48,170 bases of DNA from Ignavibacteriaceae bacterium (GCA_036824595.1 DAISZW010000002.1:4154-52323); one strand, 5' to 3'; positions 26,531 to 38,599 are shown, numbered from the stretch's first letter. The notes: generated by a model not told the origin, from the sequence alone. Made by a program: numbers and translations.

Positions 26531-29008
26531 ATGTCCCTTAGAAAAAAGAAAAAAGTAAACCGCAATTCACAGAATCACGCCTCTACGGACAGCCATACCC
26601 CGGTTGCAAAGAAAAAGAGAATTCTCGGCTTACTCCTTATGGTTCTTGCGGTTTTGATCTTCCTAAGCATCGTTTCGTATTCAAGATTCGACGAAGCCAA
26701 TTTAACCGACTTCCTCAGTGTCTTCGGATCGGATAACGAAATGCTGAGGAAAGCCGATTCCACAAGGAACTGGCTTGGAATTTTCGGTGCTTACATTTCT
26801 CACTTTTTTATTAAACGAACGCTGGGATATTTTTCAATTGTAATCCCCATTGTCCTTTTCTGCATCGGAATTTACTTTTTTAAGAAATTCAGATTCAGAA
26901 CTTTAATTTATGCATCAAATTCTTTCCTCCTGATCGGATTAATCCTTGCCGCATTCTTTGGTGTTCTAAGAAATTACAGCGGTATCCTGAGAAGCCAGTA
27001 TGAACTTTCAGGCAGTATAGGGGAATATTTAGGTGAAGCTTTAAAACGGCTTTTAGGTGGAGCCGGAAGCATTATTTTTCTATCCGCTGCAGCCTTGATT
27101 TTCCTTGTTGTAATATTTGATATAAAAATTGAAAATATTTTTTCTTTCTTTAAAAGAATTTTTACCCGTTCCGGAACCTCTGTTAATAAGGAAGGGGAGA
27201 TAGTACCTGTCAGCAATCTGGAGAAGATTAAAAAGCTTTCTGCAGAGAAGAAAAAACCTCGTTCAAAATCCCGGTTGGAATCGGAGGGATTAAGGGAAAC
27301 AGCAGATAAGGATTATGAAGATGAAGAGAATACCGGAGAACCATCAATGGAAGAAACTACGATAAGAATCGTAAGGAAAAATGATCTGCCGCTACACCAG
27401 GAACCAAATCCGATACAAAAAGAAGAAGAGAAAAAAGTTGACCTGGAAAAAACCGGTGAAATTCCGGAAAGGGATTCGGAAAGAGAGTTTGAAAGCGGTC
27501 TTCCAAACCAATGGGAAGAAAAACTTAATTATAAATTCCCCAGCTTAGATTTATTGGAACCTATTCCAGAGGAAGATTTTAAAGTTGCGGAAGAGGAGCT
27601 CAAGAGAAATGCGGAACTGCTTACCGAGAAGCTTAAATTATTCGATATAGAAATCCAGGACATTACAGTAACTCCGGGACCGGTGGTTACTTTATATGAA
27701 ATAGTTCCGGCTCCTGGAGTTAAAATAAGCCGGATCGTTAGTCTTGAACATGATATTGCACTGGCATTGGCGGCAAGGGGAATTAGAATTATTGCACCAA
27801 TTCCGGGTAAAAGCGCAATCGGAGTAGAAATACCCAATGCCGAAGCGTCAATTGTAAATGCAAGATCGGTACTGGGAAAAATTTCGGAATCAAAATTTGA
27901 ACTCCCGGTTGCATTCGGAAAAACAATAAACGGAGATGTCTATACTGCCGATCTTTCCAAGATGCCGCATCTTCTGATTGCCGGCTCAACCGGTTCCGGA
28001 AAAAGTGTCGGAATAAACATGATTATTGCAAGCCTTCTTTATTCAAAACATCCTTCCGAAGTAAAATTAATAATGATTGATCCGAAAAAGATTGAACTCT
28101 CTTTCTATAATAAATTACGAAGACATTATCTGGCAGTTTCACCTGACCTTGATGAAGAAATTATTACGGCTCCGCAGAATGCAGTTTTATTATTGAAATC
28201 AGTTGAGTTTGAAATGGAGAAACGGTACGATAAGCTTGCCAAGGCCGGAGTGAGGAACATTGTTGATTATAATAAGAAAGTGAACGATTCTTCAAAAAAA
28301 CCGAAGGATACGGAAGAAGTTAAGCACCATCCGATCCCGTACCTTATTATTATAATTGATGAGCTTGCGGATTTAATGATAACCGCCGGGAAGGATGTGG
28401 AAGAACCGATTGCACGGCTAGCACAGCTTGCCAGGGCAGTCGGAATTCATCTTGTGCTTGCCACTCAAAGACCTTCAGTTAATGTTATTACCGGTGTTAT
28501 AAAAGCAAATTTCAGCTCCAGGATTGCTTACCAGGTTGCAACTAAAATTGACTCAAGAACCATTCTTGATATGAACGGGGCGGAGGCGCTTCTTGGTAAA
28601 GGAGATATGCTTTTCCTTCCGACCGGCTCACCGAAACCTACGCGCATTCAGAATGCATTTATATCAACAGAAGAAGTAGAAAAATTAACCAATTACATCT
28701 ACACACAACCTGCATATTCAAAACCTTTTTTTCTCCCGTCAATTTATGAAAAGAAAAAAGAATCCAGAGGAGGCTTTTTATCCGATCTCGATCCGATGTT
28801 TGAAGATGCAGCCAGAGTAATAGTCCGGCATCAGCAGGGTTCGGTCTCACTGCTGCAGAGAAGATTGAAGTTGGGATATTCGAGAGCAGCCAGGATAGTT
28901 GACCAGCTTGAAGAAGCAGGGATCGTCGGTCCAAATGACGGAAGTAAAGCACGTGCCGTAATTGTGGAGAATGAAGAGCAGCTTGAGACGATCCTCAGAT
29001 CTCTTTGA
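26531..29008 (+). CDS. ftsK: DNA translocase FtsK
   Basis: 825 aa with N-terminal TM helices and a charged linker. The motor domain has Walker A GSTGSGKSV and Walker B IIIIDELADL. The C-terminal gamma winged-helix reads VSLLQRRLKLGYSRAARIVDQLEEAGIVG. Confidence 0.95.
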   Translation: MSLRKKKKVNRNSQNHASTDSHTPVAKKKRILGLLLMVLAVLIFLSIVSYSRFDEANLTDFLSVFGSDNEMLRKADSTRNWLGIFGAYISHFFIKRTLGYFSIVIPIVLFCIGIYFFKKFRFRTLIYASNSFLLIGLILAAFFGVLRNYSGILRSQYELSGSIGEYLGEALKRLLGGAGSIIFLSAAALIFLVVIFDIKIENIFSFFKRIFTRSGTSVNKEGEIVPVSNLEKIKKLSAEKKKPRSKSRLESEGLRETADKDYEDEENTGEPSMEETTIRIVRKNDLPLHQEPNPIQKEEEKKVDLEKTGEIPERDSEREFESGLPNQWEEKLNYKFPSLDLLEPIPEEDFKVAEEELKRNAELLTEKLKLFDIEIQDITVTPGPVVTLYEIVPAPGVKISRIVSLEHDIALALAARGIRIIAPIPGKSAIGVEIPNAEASIVNARSVLGKISESKFELPVAFGKTINGDVYTADLSKMPHLLIAGSTGSGKSVGINMIIASLLYSKHPSEVKLIMIDPKKIELSFYNKLRRHYLAVSPDLDEEIITAPQNAVLLLKSVEFEMEKRYDKLAKAGVRNIVDYNKKVNDSSKKPKDTEEVKHHPIPYLIIIIDELADLMITAGKDVEEPIARLAQLARAVGIHLVLATQRPSVNVITGVIKANFSSRIAYQVATKIDSRTILDMNGAEALLGKGDMLFLPTGSPKPTRIQNAFISTEEVEKLTNYIYTQPAYSKPFFLPSIYEKKKESRGGFLSDLDPMFEDAARVIVRHQQGSVSLLQRRLKLGYSRAARIVDQLEEAGIVGPNDGSKARAVIVENEEQLETILRSL

Positions 29009-29243
29009 GTAAATCCTTCCGAATTTAAAATAAACATCGTCTAGTGACCTTTGCCATTTTTCAAAATCTCTTTTAATTTTCCCCTGCTTATTTTAAAAAA
29101 TTAATATCTAAATTCGTATTTTAATTGAGTTTTATTTTAATTTAATAATCCGAAAAAGCAAGATTCTATTTTATAAAATCCTGAACTGAATTTTTAAGCT
29201 GCTCTAATAACTTTAATTTCATTAACCAAAAAAGAGGCTGCTT

Positions 29244-29333
29244 ATGATCAAGAAAATGGAACCAGGCTGCTACTTTACAATTTTTCGGATTATTTCAATA
29301 ACTGTTTCAATTTACCTTATCGCAACTCTTTAG
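29244..29333 (+). CDS. candidate small ORF (29 aa, hydrophobic): MIKKMEPGCYFTIFRIISITVSIYLIATL
   Basis: AAGAGG lies 6 nt upstream of the ATG, and the stop is followed 7 nt later by hairpin 29340-29373. It is below the ORF-track length cut-off and I have no homology evidence. Confidence 0.2.
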   Translation: MIKKMEPGCYFTIFRIISITVSIYLIATL

Positions 29334-29339
29334 GTTATT

Positions 29340-29391
29340 AGCTGTCTGTTTCAGTTTAGGCAAACAGACAGCTGTTTAAAATATTGTTTTT
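29340..29391 (+). terminator. 12-bp perfect stem-loop followed by T-rich tail
   Basis: AGCTGTCTGTTT-CAGTTTAGGC-AAACAGACAGCT is followed by GTTTAAAATATTGTTTTT. It lies within the ftsK-nuoA spacer. Confidence 0.4.
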
Positions 29392-29576
29392 ACAAGACTG
29401 CTCTTGTTATTAAAGATGCAGCCGTAGTTGTATGCTGCTTTATTTTAAATCACGTTTAAGCAGGTAATTTTTCTTTATCATACTATTCTTAAATGAGAAG
29501 AAATTTTAAAGATTTTGCTCTCCTTAATCCATTTAAACAAAACCGATTATAGTCCTTTTTTCAAAGAGGAGCCTGT

Positions 29577-30008
29577 GTGAATACGTCACCGGATAATCAA
29601 TTAATTTGGCCGTTACTAGTCTACGGATTGGCTGTAATTCTTTTAGTTGCGGTCATGATCGGCTTATCATACTTGCTAGGACAGCGCCATAAAGAAAAAG
29701 TAACCGGTGAACAATTTGAATCGGGAATGAGAATTACCGGGAGCGCAAGGGTTAGATTTTCAGCTCATTTTTACCTTGTTGCAATGTTTTTTGTAATCTT
29801 CGATCTGGAAGCTGCTTTCTTAATTGCCTGGTCGGTTGCTTTTAACGAACTAGGCTGGGAAGGATATATAACCGCAGCAGTATTTATTTTAATTCTTTTA
29901 GTCGTTCTTGTTTATGAGTGGCGGATAGGTGCACTTGATTTCGGCTTAAGCGGAAAGAAGATTTTAAAGGCAAGAAATAATTATACAATTGATGCAAGTA
30001 CAAATTAA
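29577..30008 (+). CDS. nuoA: NADH-quinone oxidoreductase subunit A
   Basis: 143 aa with a GTG start preceded by AGAGGAG. It has three TM helices, and FESGM...ARVRFSAHFYLVAMFFVIFDLEAAFL is the NuoA/ND3 signature. Confidence 0.92.
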   Translation: MNTSPDNQLIWPLLVYGLAVILLVAVMIGLSYLLGQRHKEKVTGEQFESGMRITGSARVRFSAHFYLVAMFFVIFDLEAAFLIAWSVAFNELGWEGYITAAVFILILLVVLVYEWRIGALDFGLSGKKILKARNNYTIDASTN

Positions 30009-30053
30009 CCTTATTTCAATTAAGAAATTTTAATCTATTACCGACAGAAATTC

Positions 30054-30692
30054 ATGAAATGGTGGACTAGCAAAACTGATAATCCTGCCGGAACCGTTAA
30101 AGGAACAGGCTCTTTTGAAGAAGCGGTTCAGCAGAGCATTGTTTTAAGCACGCTTCAGGATCTGCTTGCATGGGGAAGAAAAAATTCAATATGGCCATTT
30201 AACTTCGGATTGTCCTGCTGCTATGTTGAGATGGCAACAAGCCTTACAAGTAAATATGATATATCCAGGTTCGGTGCCGAAGTAATCCGCGGTACGCCAA
30301 GGGAAGCAGATTTAATGATAATTGCAGGTACCGTTTTTATAAAAATGGCCCCGATTATTAAGAGACTGTATCAGCAAATGATGGAACCAAGGTGGGTGAT
30401 CTCAATGGGGTCATGCGCTAATTCAGGCGGGATGTACGATATTTATTCGGTCGTCCAGGGAATTGATAAGTTTATGCCCGTAGACGTTTACATCCCAGGG
30501 TGTCCTCCCAGGCCGGATGCCTTTATGGAAGGACTGCTTATGCTGGCCGATTCAGTGGGAAAAGAAAAGAGGCCTTTGAGTTGGGTAATAGGTCCCCAGG
30601 GAGTTATAAAACCTGAGCCTGTTTCAATTAAGGATATTAAACGGAATGAAAGACAAAAAGTAACCAGACTAAGACCCACTAATGAAATATGA
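30054..30692 (+). CDS. nuoB: NADH-quinone oxidoreductase subunit B
   Basis: 212 aa. The N2-cluster ligand motifs are [16 protein letters not shown] and PGCPPRP. Confidence 0.96.
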   Translation: MKWWTSKTDNPAGTVKGTGSFEEAVQQSIVLSTLQDLLAWGRKNSIWPFNFGLSCCYVEMATSLTSKYDISRFGAEVIRGTPREADLMIIAGTVFIKMAPIIKRLYQQMMEPRWVISMGSCANSGGMYDIYSVVQGIDKFMPVDVYIPGCPPRPDAFMEGLLMLADSVGKEKRPLSWVIGPQGVIKPEPVSIKDIKRNERQKVTRLRPTNEI

Positions 30693-30760
30693 TGATCAAG
30701 TTTCGTAATTAACGGATTAACCTCCAATTATTGAGTTACTGCTAATTTTTTGATTATCAA

Positions 30761-32503
30761 ATGTCCTCAAATATACTTGATGAAATAAAATCAAAATTCG
30801 GTGAATCTCAAATATTCATTCATGCGGCAGCCGACGGCATCCCTACAGTCTGGGTGCCGAAAGAAAAGATTGAGAGTATTCTAAGTTTCTGCAAGAAAAA
30901 TATTTCCAATCCTTATAAGATGCTGTACGATATCACCGCAATTGATGAACGCTCAAGAGCAGATAAAACAATTCAGCCTGAAAGCGACTTTACGGTAGTC
31001 TATCATCTTTTTTCGTTCGGGAGAAATGAATATTTAAGAATTAAGGCTGCATTAAAAGAAAGTTCCCCATCATTACCCAGCATAACCGGTTTATGGTACA
31101 ATGCTAATTGGTATGAACGTGAAGTATACGACATGTTCGGCGTCGAGTTTGAAAATCATCCCCATCTAAGAAGAATTTTAATGCCTCCGACCTGGAACGG
31201 ATATCCGCTAAGGAAGGAACATCCGGCACGTGCAACCGAGATGGGCCCTTTTCAAATGCCTGATGATAAATGGGATAAAGAACAGGCTGCTCTGGAATTT
31301 AAACCCGAGGAATGGGGGTTGAAAAGAAAAAGCGAAGAGAGTGAATTTATCTTTTTAAATCTTGGTCCCCAGCATCCGGGTACGCATGGGGTTTTCCGAT
31401 TTATACTTCAGCTCGATGGAGAGGAGATTCTGGATATTGTCCCCGATATAGGATATCACCACAGGGGTGCAGAGAAAATGGGGGAAAGGCAGTCGTGGCA
31501 TACATACATTCCTTACACAGACAGAGTTGACTATCTTGCCGGAGTTGTAAATAATCTACCTTATCTGCTCAGCGTAGAAAAATTAGCCGGGATAGAAGTC
31601 CCTGACAGGGCAAAAGTAATCCGAATCATGCTGTGCGAGTTTTTTAGAATTTCCAGTCACCTTGTTTGGTACGGAACATTTGCACAGGACATTGGCCAGC
31701 TCTCTCCGGTATTTTACATGTTCAGCGACCGTGAAAGAGTATTCGATGTTATCGAAGCAATAACCGGGGGGAGAATGCATCCAAGCTGGTTCCGCATTGG
31801 CGGAGTTGCAGATGACCTGCCGAAAGGCTGGGAAACCCTAGTACAAAACTTTATAAACTACTTTCCCGAACGCTTAAACGAATACGATAATCTAGTAATG
31901 AAAAATAGGATTTTCAAAGCACGTACTGTAGGTATAGGCAGCTATACTCTGGATGAAGCAATTGAGTGGGGAGTGACTGGTCCGGGTTTAAGAGCATGCG
32001 GATTCGATTGGGACTTCAGGAAAAAAACTCCTTATTCGGCTTACGATCAATTTGAATTTGAAATTCCGACAGCACAAAACGGGGACTGTTATGACCGGGC
32101 AAAAGTTCGTATCGAAGAAATGAGACAAAGTTTAAGGATTATAGAACAATGCATTAAGAACATGCCTGAGGGGCCGTATAAATCCAAACATCCGCTGGCA
32201 ACTCCTCCCGAGAAGGCAAAAACAATGAAGGATATTGAAACTCTTATTACTCATTTTTTAAATGTCAGTTGGGGCCCTGTCATTCCTCCGGGTGAAGCGC
32301 TTGTAGGAATTGAGGCAACAAAAGGGAACAACGGATATTATTTGATAAGTGATGGGAATACTTCTCCGTACCGGGTACGCATAAGAACTCCATCTTTCCC
32401 TCATACGCAAATGGTTCCGTATATCAGCAGAGGGCATACTGTAGCAGATCTGCTGTCTATACTGGGAAGCATCGATTTTGTATTAGCGGATATTGACAGA
32501 TAA
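30761..32503 (+). CDS. nuoCD: NADH-quinone oxidoreductase fused subunit C/D
   Basis: 580 aa as a single ORF. The NuoC part has [18 protein letters not shown]. The NuoD part has [15 protein letters not shown], and the C-terminus ends [10 protein letters not shown]. Confidence 0.96.
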   Translation: MSSNILDEIKSKFGESQIFIHAAADGIPTVWVPKEKIESILSFCKKNISNPYKMLYDITAIDERSRADKTIQPESDFTVVYHLFSFGRNEYLRIKAALKESSPSLPSITGLWYNANWYEREVYDMFGVEFENHPHLRRILMPPTWNGYPLRKEHPARATEMGPFQMPDDKWDKEQAALEFKPEEWGLKRKSEESEFIFLNLGPQHPGTHGVFRFILQLDGEEILDIVPDIGYHHRGAEKMGERQSWHTYIPYTDRVDYLAGVVNNLPYLLSVEKLAGIEVPDRAKVIRIMLCEFFRISSHLVWYGTFAQDIGQLSPVFYMFSDRERVFDVIEAITGGRMHPSWFRIGGVADDLPKGWETLVQNFINYFPERLNEYDNLVMKNRIFKARTVGIGSYTLDEAIEWGVTGPGLRACGFDWDFRKKTPYSAYDQFEFEIPTAQNGDCYDRAKVRIEEMRQSLRIIEQCIKNMPEGPYKSKHPLATPPEKAKTMKDIETLITHFLNVSWGPVIPPGEALVGIEATKGNNGYYLISDGNTSPYRVRIRTPSFPHTQMVPYISRGHTVADLLSILGSIDFVLADIDR

Positions 32504-32513
32504 GTTTTGTAGA

Positions 32514-32532
32514 GCGAAGCGAAGCTTCGCTT
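32514..32532 (+). other. GC-rich palindrome between nuoCD and nuoE
   Basis: GCGAAGC-GAA-GCTTCGC occupies 32514-32530. AAGCGAAG/CTTCGCTT (32517-32532) is a perfect 16-nt palindrome. It starts 11 nt after the nuoCD stop. Confidence 0.5.
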
Positions 32533-32554
32533 AAACATAAAATAGATTAAACAA

Positions 32555-33019
32555 ATGCTCAGCGATCAGGAAAAAACAGAAATAGAAGAACACTTAAAAG
32601 AATATCCTTACAAACAGGCAGCATGTATTGAAGCTCTTAAGGTCGTTCAGAAACACCGCAGATGGGTTTCGGACGAAGGAGTGAAAGACATTGCGGAAAT
32701 TCTTGAAATGACTCCTCATGAAGTCGACAGCGTTGCCACTTTCTATAATTTAATTTACAGAAAACCGGTGGGGAAGCATATAATCCTTCTTTGCGACAGC
32801 GTCAGCTGCTGGGTGATGGGGTATGAAAAAATTTTAGATCACTTTAAGAATAAACTCGGTATTTCTTTTGGACAAACCACAAGCGATGGCCGTTTCACAC
32901 TTCTGCCCGTACCGTGTTTAGGTACATGCGATCATGCCCCGGCCTTAATGATCGATAACGATCTGCACAGGGATTTAAAAACCGAAACCTTAGACAATAT
33001 TCTGGAAAAATATAAATAA
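32555..33019 (+). CDS. nuoE: NADH-quinone oxidoreductase subunit E
   Basis: 154 aa. The 2Fe-2S (N1a) ligand motifs are LCDSVSCWVMG and PCLGTCDHAPALMI. Confidence 0.95.
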   Translation: MLSDQEKTEIEEHLKEYPYKQAACIEALKVVQKHRRWVSDEGVKDIAEILEMTPHEVDSVATFYNLIYRKPVGKHIILLCDSVSCWVMGYEKILDHFKNKLGISFGQTTSDGRFTLLPVPCLGTCDHAPALMIDNDLHRDLKTETLDNILEKYK

Positions 33020-33022
33020 CTA

Positions 33023-34297
33023 ATGGAAAGACCTTTAACAAAAAATATACGTCCCGGCCAGCCGCCCCTGGATTTAAAAGAATACGAACGTGCAGGCGGA
33101 TATCAATCTGTGAAAAAATGTTTAAAGGAATTCCAGCCTAAGGAAGTAACAAAGATTGTTCAGGATTCTAATTTAAAAGGAAGAGGAGGCGCAGGATTCA
33201 ATACCGGAATGAAGTGGAGCTTTGTGCCGATGAACGGGGACATCAAGCAGAAATATTTGGTGGCAAATGCAGATGAAATGGAACCGGGAACATTTAAGGA
33301 CAGGATTCTGCTTGAAGGCGACCCTCACTTATTAATCGAAGGAATGATTGTCAGCGCATATGCAATGCAGGCATCAACAGGATATATTTTTATTAGAGGA
33401 GAATATACAGAAGCTGCCGAAATTCTTAGGAAAGCTTTAAGCGAGGCATTTAATGCAGGCTATCTTGGAAAAAATATTCTTGGATCCGGGTTCACTTTTG
33501 ATCTACATATTCATACCAGTGTCGGAAGATATATGTGCGGTGAAGAAACCGGACTCCTAAATTCACTTGAAGGGAAAAGAGCAATTCCAAGAGCTAAACC
33601 GCCGTTTCCGCAGGTAAGCGGCCTTTTCGGTAAACCTACAATTGTCAATAATGTGGAAACACTCTGCAATGTACCGCATATTATTAACAATGGCCCGGTT
33701 TGGTTTAAAAACTTGAGCCGCACGGATGATGGGGGAACTAAGTTATACGGTGTGAGCGGGAAAGTAAAAAAACCGGGTGCATGGGAGCTTCCGATGGGAA
33801 CTACTATACGTGAAATTTTAGAAGAGCATGCAGGGGGAATGATGGATGGAGTGAAATTCAAGGGCGTTCTTCCCGGAGGTGCGTCAACTGATTTCCTTGT
33901 AGAGGAACATCTCGATGTAAAAATGGATTTTACAAATCTTATGAAAGCCGGCAGCAGGCTGGGAACAGGTACAATGATCGTACTGGATGATAAAACATGT
34001 CCGGTGGGTTTCGTTCATAACATGGAACGCTTTTTTGCCCAGGAATCATGCGGATGGTGCACGCCGTGCAGAGAAGGGCTGCCATGGGTTGAAAAAATTT
34101 TGAGAACAATTGATAGCGGCGACGGAACGCTGGAAGATATCGATCTGCTCTTATTCCATACAAAATATTTAGGCCCGGGGAATACCTTTTGTGCACTTGC
34201 CCCCGGTGCGATGGAACCGCTTCAAAGTGCTTTAAAATATTTTATGGACGATTTTAAAAGACACATCACCCAGAGAGGCTGTCCATGGAGGCATTAA
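33023..34297 (+). CDS. nuoF: NADH-quinone oxidoreductase subunit F
   Basis: 424 aa with the FMN/NADH site GRGGAGFNTGMKW and ANADEMEPGTFKDR. The N3 cluster motif is ESCGWCTPCREG. Confidence 0.96.
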   Translation: MERPLTKNIRPGQPPLDLKEYERAGGYQSVKKCLKEFQPKEVTKIVQDSNLKGRGGAGFNTGMKWSFVPMNGDIKQKYLVANADEMEPGTFKDRILLEGDPHLLIEGMIVSAYAMQASTGYIFIRGEYTEAAEILRKALSEAFNAGYLGKNILGSGFTFDLHIHTSVGRYMCGEETGLLNSLEGKRAIPRAKPPFPQVSGLFGKPTIVNNVETLCNVPHIINNGPVWFKNLSRTDDGGTKLYGVSGKVKKPGAWELPMGTTIREILEEHAGGMMDGVKFKGVLPGGASTDFLVEEHLDVKMDFTNLMKAGSRLGTGTMIVLDDKTCPVGFVHNMERFFAQESCGWCTPCREGLPWVEKILRTIDSGDGTLEDIDLLLFHTKYLGPGNTFCALAPGAMEPLQSALKYFMDDFKRHITQRGCPWRH

Positions 34298-37006
34298 TTG
34301 ACTAAAATTATTATCGACGGCAAAACTTACGATGTGAATCCGAAAAAAAATCTTTTGGAAATCTGCCTTTCTATAGGATTGGATCTGCCGTATTTCTGCT
34401 GGCATCCCGAGCTTGGATCAGTTGGTGCATGCCGCCAGTGTGCAGTTACCAGGTACCATGATGAAAAAGATACCGAAGGAAGATTGGTAATGGCCTGTAT
34501 GGAGCCGGTTCAGGAAAATATGAGAATTTCCTTAAAGGATAGTGAAGCTCAAAAATTCAGAAAAAATGTAATCGAGTGGCTGATGACTAATCATCCTCAC
34601 GACTGCCCGGTTTGCGACGAAGGCGGTGAATGCCACCTGCAGGATATGACTGTAATGACCGGGCATTCGCATAGAAGATACAAGTTTAAAAAACGCACAT
34701 ATAAAAACCAGTACCTGGGTCCTTTTATTAATCATGAAATGAACCGGTGCATACAATGCTACAGGTGTGTCAGGTACTACAGAGACTATGCTGACGGAAA
34801 AGATTTAACTGTATTTGCGGCGCACAATCATGTTTATTTCGGAAGGCATGAAGAGGGAATTCTTGAAAATGAATTCAGCGGTAACCTTATTGAAGTTTGT
34901 CCAACAGGTGTTTTCACAGATAAAACTCTTAAGAAGAACTACACAAGGAAATGGGATCTGACAAATGCTCCGAGCATCTGCAATCAATGTAGCCTTGGAT
35001 GCAATATAATTGCCGCAGAACGATACGGAAAACTTAGAAGAATCCTAAGCCGGTATAACGGAAAAGTAAACGGATATTTTATCTGCGATCGGGGAAGATT
35101 CGGCTACGAATATGTTAATCACCGGAAGAGAATTAAACACACGTTGATGCGCAATAGGCAGAACGGAAATTTGCAGGAAACTAATAAGGATTCAATTTCA
35201 GCATCTTTAAAAGAAATCATTTCTAAAAAGAAGGTTATAGGTGTTGGATCGCCGAGAGCATCCCTCGAATCAAACTATGCTTTAATGAAACTTGTAGGTG
35301 CAGAAAATTTCTATCACGGAGTTTCTGAAAACGAATTTAAAATGATGAAAACCGTTATTGACATTTTGCAGAATTTTCCTGTAAGAACGCCTTCACAAAA
35401 AGAAATAGAAAAAGCCGATGCGGTTTTAATTATCGGCGAAGATCTTACCAATACCGCTCCCATGCTTGCACTTGCAGTAAGGCAGGCCGCAAAGAATGTC
35501 CGCGGGAAATTGGGGGAAAAAGTGAATATTCCTGAATGGAATGATGCTGCCGTAAGAGAACTCGCACAGGATGCAAAAAATCCGGTTTATATTCTTTCAT
35601 GCCATTCTACAAAGCTTGATGATATTGCCGCAGACGTATATCATGGCACACCGGATGAAATTTCTAAGGCAGCTTATACGGTTGCAAATTTTATCAGCAG
35701 CGATGCACCGGCCGATTCTGAAATATCTGAGGATGCATCTTCATTTGCAAAAAATATTTCTTCTATACTTTTAAATGCCGAACATCCATTAATAATTTCC
35801 GGAACCAGTCTTTTATCCGAATCGGCTATAAAATCTGCGGCTAATATTGCATTGGCTCTTAATTCAAAGAATCTCAAAGCGGAGATTTCTTTTGTAGTAC
35901 CGGAAGCAAACAGTATCGGCCTGGCATTAATGAGCGGAGAACATTTTGGAACTTTCAATGAGAAGCAGGATAATGAAAACTACGAAACAGTGATTATCCT
36001 GGAAAATGATCTTTATAGGAAAGCCGGGAAAAATACTGCAGACGGTTTCTTAAAAAAATTCAGTAATGTTGTTGTAATTGACCATACTGAAAACCGCACA
36101 ACGGTTAAAGCAGATTTTGTGCTGCCTGCCGGAACTTTTGCGGAATCAGACGGAACTTTAATTAATCATGAAGGGCGTGCCCAGCGTTTTTACCAAGTTT
36201 TTGTGCCGACAGGAGAAATTCAGGAAAGCTGGAGATGGTTAAAAAATATTAATACCCACATGCAAAATCAAAATGGCAAGCAATGGGATAATTTATCAGA
36301 TTTTACAAATGCCCTGGCAGACGAAATGCCTATTCTCAGCGGAATAACAGAAATTGCTCCTCCTCCGGGATTCAGAATGGCTAAGCAGAAGATTCCGCGG
36401 GAACCGCACCGGTACAGCGGAAGAACGGCAATGCATGCTAATATTGATGTAAGCGAGCCGAAACCTCCCGAGGATCCCGATTCACCGCTGACATTTACAA
36501 TGGAAGGCTACCGCGGAGAACCGCCGTCGTCAATAATTCCGTTCTTCTGGTCGCCCGGATGGAACTCCGCACAATCGATAAATAAATACCAGATTGAAGT
36601 AGGCGGACCGCTGCACGGAGGCGATCCGGGTGTAAGAATTTTTGAACCTAAAGAGATACCGGGAAAATATTTCAACATTATACCTGAAAAGTTCGACAGA
36701 AGAGAAGACCAATGGTTTATGTTCCCGGTTTACCACATCTTCGGTTCGGATGAGCTGAGTGCTTTATCTCCCGGAATTGCTGAACTTACGCCTGAATGTT
36801 ATTTAGCTTTAAATCCCGATGATGCGCAGAAATTAAATTTATCAAAAGAAAGCAGAGTCGAAGTTATTATATCGGAAGAAAAAATTAATCTGCCGGTAAA
36901 AATAAAATTTGAACTTGCAGCCGGAACCGCTGCCATTGCAGCGGGTCTGCCTGATTCACCTTTTTTAGATTCACCATCTTGGATTAAAATCAACAAAGTG
37001 GAATGA
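34298..37006 (+). CDS. nuoG: NADH-quinone oxidoreductase subunit G (long, E. coli-type)
   Basis: 902 aa with a TTG start abutting the nuoF stop. Cluster motifs are [15 protein letters not shown] (N1b), [18 protein letters not shown] (N5) and [10 protein letters not shown] (N4). The motif CNQCSLGC-x27-C (34979-35086) matches the Cx2Cx3Cx27C pattern of cluster N7. Confidence 0.95.
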   Translation: MTKIIIDGKTYDVNPKKNLLEICLSIGLDLPYFCWHPELGSVGACRQCAVTRYHDEKDTEGRLVMACMEPVQENMRISLKDSEAQKFRKNVIEWLMTNHPHDCPVCDEGGECHLQDMTVMTGHSHRRYKFKKRTYKNQYLGPFINHEMNRCIQCYRCVRYYRDYADGKDLTVFAAHNHVYFGRHEEGILENEFSGNLIEVCPTGVFTDKTLKKNYTRKWDLTNAPSICNQCSLGCNIIAAERYGKLRRILSRYNGKVNGYFICDRGRFGYEYVNHRKRIKHTLMRNRQNGNLQETNKDSISASLKEIISKKKVIGVGSPRASLESNYALMKLVGAENFYHGVSENEFKMMKTVIDILQNFPVRTPSQKEIEKADAVLIIGEDLTNTAPMLALAVRQAAKNVRGKLGEKVNIPEWNDAAVRELAQDAKNPVYILSCHSTKLDDIAADVYHGTPDEISKAAYTVANFISSDAPADSEISEDASSFAKNISSILLNAEHPLIISGTSLLSESAIKSAANIALALNSKNLKAEISFVVPEANSIGLALMSGEHFGTFNEKQDNENYETVIILENDLYRKAGKNTADGFLKKFSNVVVIDHTENRTTVKADFVLPAGTFAESDGTLINHEGRAQRFYQVFVPTGEIQESWRWLKNINTHMQNQNGKQWDNLSDFTNALADEMPILSGITEIAPPPGFRMAKQKIPREPHRYSGRTAMHANIDVSEPKPPEDPDSPLTFTMEGYRGEPPSSIIPFFWSPGWNSAQSINKYQIEVGGPLHGGDPGVRIFEPKEIPGKYFNIIPEKFDRREDQWFMFPVYHIFGSDELSALSPGIAELTPECYLALNPDDAQKLNLSKESRVEVIISEEKINLPVKIKFELAAGTAAIAAGLPDSPFLDSPSWIKINKVE

Positions 37007-37965
37007 TGAGCCAAACAGTTCAGTCTCTATTAATAGTAGCCGGGGTTTTATTTGTGATGCTCAATGTAGCCGCCCTTTTAATATGGGTCGAAAGGCGGAT
37101 GCTGGCTCTATGGCAGGATAGATACGGACCAAACAGGGTCGGTCCTTTCGGACTTCTTCAAAGTATTGCGGATATGATCAAAATATTTTTTAAGGAAGAT
37201 TGGATACCTCCATTTGCCGATAAAACTGTTTTTATCATTGCTCCTGCTATAGTAGTTATTACGGTGCTGATGAGTTTTGCAGTAATACCATTTGCCCCCG
37301 GAATACATGTAATAGATTTAAATATCGGAATTCTATTTTTCCTGGGGATGTCTTCGCTGGGGGCCTACAGCATTGTGCTGGGCGGATGGTCATCAAATAA
37401 TAAATATTCTCTGCTGGGGGCCCTGAGAGGTTCTGCGCAGATGATAACTTATGAAGTATTCATGGGAATTTCTTTAATGGGCGTCGTCATGCTGACCGGC
37501 TCATTCAGCCTGGTAGATATTGTAAATGCACAGCAGAAAATGTGGTTTGTAGTTCCTCAAATATTGGGCTTTGTTATTTTTCTGATAGCCGGAATCGCAG
37601 AAACACACAGGCTGCCGTTTGATATTCCTGAAGCTGAAAGCGAATTGATTGCCGGGTTTCATTCCGAATACTCCGGTATGAAGTTCGGGATGTTTTTTGT
37701 AGGCGAGTATCTGGGAGTTACTCTAGTTTCTGCTTTAATAACAACGCTGTTCTTCGGCGGCTGGCTTGGGCCTTCATTTCTCCCGGGTGTTGTCTGGTTC
37801 TTCTTGAAAACTTTTGTCTTTATTTTATTCTTTGTTTTGCTTAGAGCAGGTCTGCCGCGGCCGCGTTACGATCAATTAATGGAATATGGATGGAAGTTTT
37901 TGCTACCTCTTTCATTATTAAATTTATTGATAACCGGAGCAGTTGTGCTCTATTTTAAACAGTAA
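37003..37965 (+). CDS. nuoH: NADH-quinone oxidoreductase subunit H
   Basis: 320 aa with [17 protein letters not shown] and [19 protein letters not shown]. The start overlaps the nuoG stop (ATGATGA). Confidence 0.96.
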   Translation: MMSQTVQSLLIVAGVLFVMLNVAALLIWVERRMLALWQDRYGPNRVGPFGLLQSIADMIKIFFKEDWIPPFADKTVFIIAPAIVVITVLMSFAVIPFAPGIHVIDLNIGILFFLGMSSLGAYSIVLGGWSSNNKYSLLGALRGSAQMITYEVFMGISLMGVVMLTGSFSLVDIVNAQQKMWFVVPQILGFVIFLIAGIAETHRLPFDIPEAESELIAGFHSEYSGMKFGMFFVGEYLGVTLVSALITTLFFGGWLGPSFLPGVVWFFLKTFVFILFFVLLRAGLPRPRYDQLMEYGWKFLLPLSLLNLLITGAVVLYFKQ

Positions 37966-38012
37966 TTCTTTTGATTATTCTGTTTTAAAATTTGAAAAAT
38001 AAACAATAAAAA

Positions 38013-38528
38013 ATGTTCAGTTCACTAAGAAGCCTTTGGATTGCATTTCTTCACATGTTCCATAAAAGGGAAACTATTCAGTATCCCGAGGAAAAGCCTA
38101 AGCTTCATCCGAGATACCGCGGAAGAATTGTTTTAACCCGCGATCCGGACGGCGGTGAAAGATGCGTTGCGTGCTATTTATGCGCTGCGGCCTGTCCGGT
38201 CGACTGTATAGCGCTTCAGGCGACGGAAGATCAAACGGGTCGAAGATACCCTGAATTTTTCAGGATAAATTTCTCCCGCTGCATATTCTGCGGATTTTGT
38301 GAGGAAGCATGCCCGACTTATGCAATTCAGCTTACTCCTGATTTTGAAATGAGCGAGTATAAAAGGCAGAATCTTGTATACGAGAAAGAAGATTTACTTA
38401 TCTCCGGTGAAGGTAAATATCACGGATATAATTTTTATAAAGTTGCAGGGCTCGCTATCGGAGGGAAAGATAAAGGTCAGGCAGAGAATGAAGAACCTCC
38501 GGTTGATATAAGAAGTCTGCTCCCATAG
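38013..38528 (+). CDS. nuoI: NADH-quinone oxidoreductase subunit I
   Basis: 171 aa with two 4Fe-4S ferredoxin motifs, [12 protein letters not shown] and [12 protein letters not shown]. Confidence 0.96.
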   Translation: MFSSLRSLWIAFLHMFHKRETIQYPEEKPKLHPRYRGRIVLTRDPDGGERCVACYLCAAACPVDCIALQATEDQTGRRYPEFFRINFSRCIFCGFCEEACPTYAIQLTPDFEMSEYKRQNLVYEKEDLLISGEGKYHGYNFYKVAGLAIGGKDKGQAENEEPPVDIRSLLP

Positions 38529-38599
38529 CAATTATTAATCAAAGGTGCACATTGTTCGAATATCCGAGTTTAACAAGCAAAGGGATTCTTAATTAGAAT

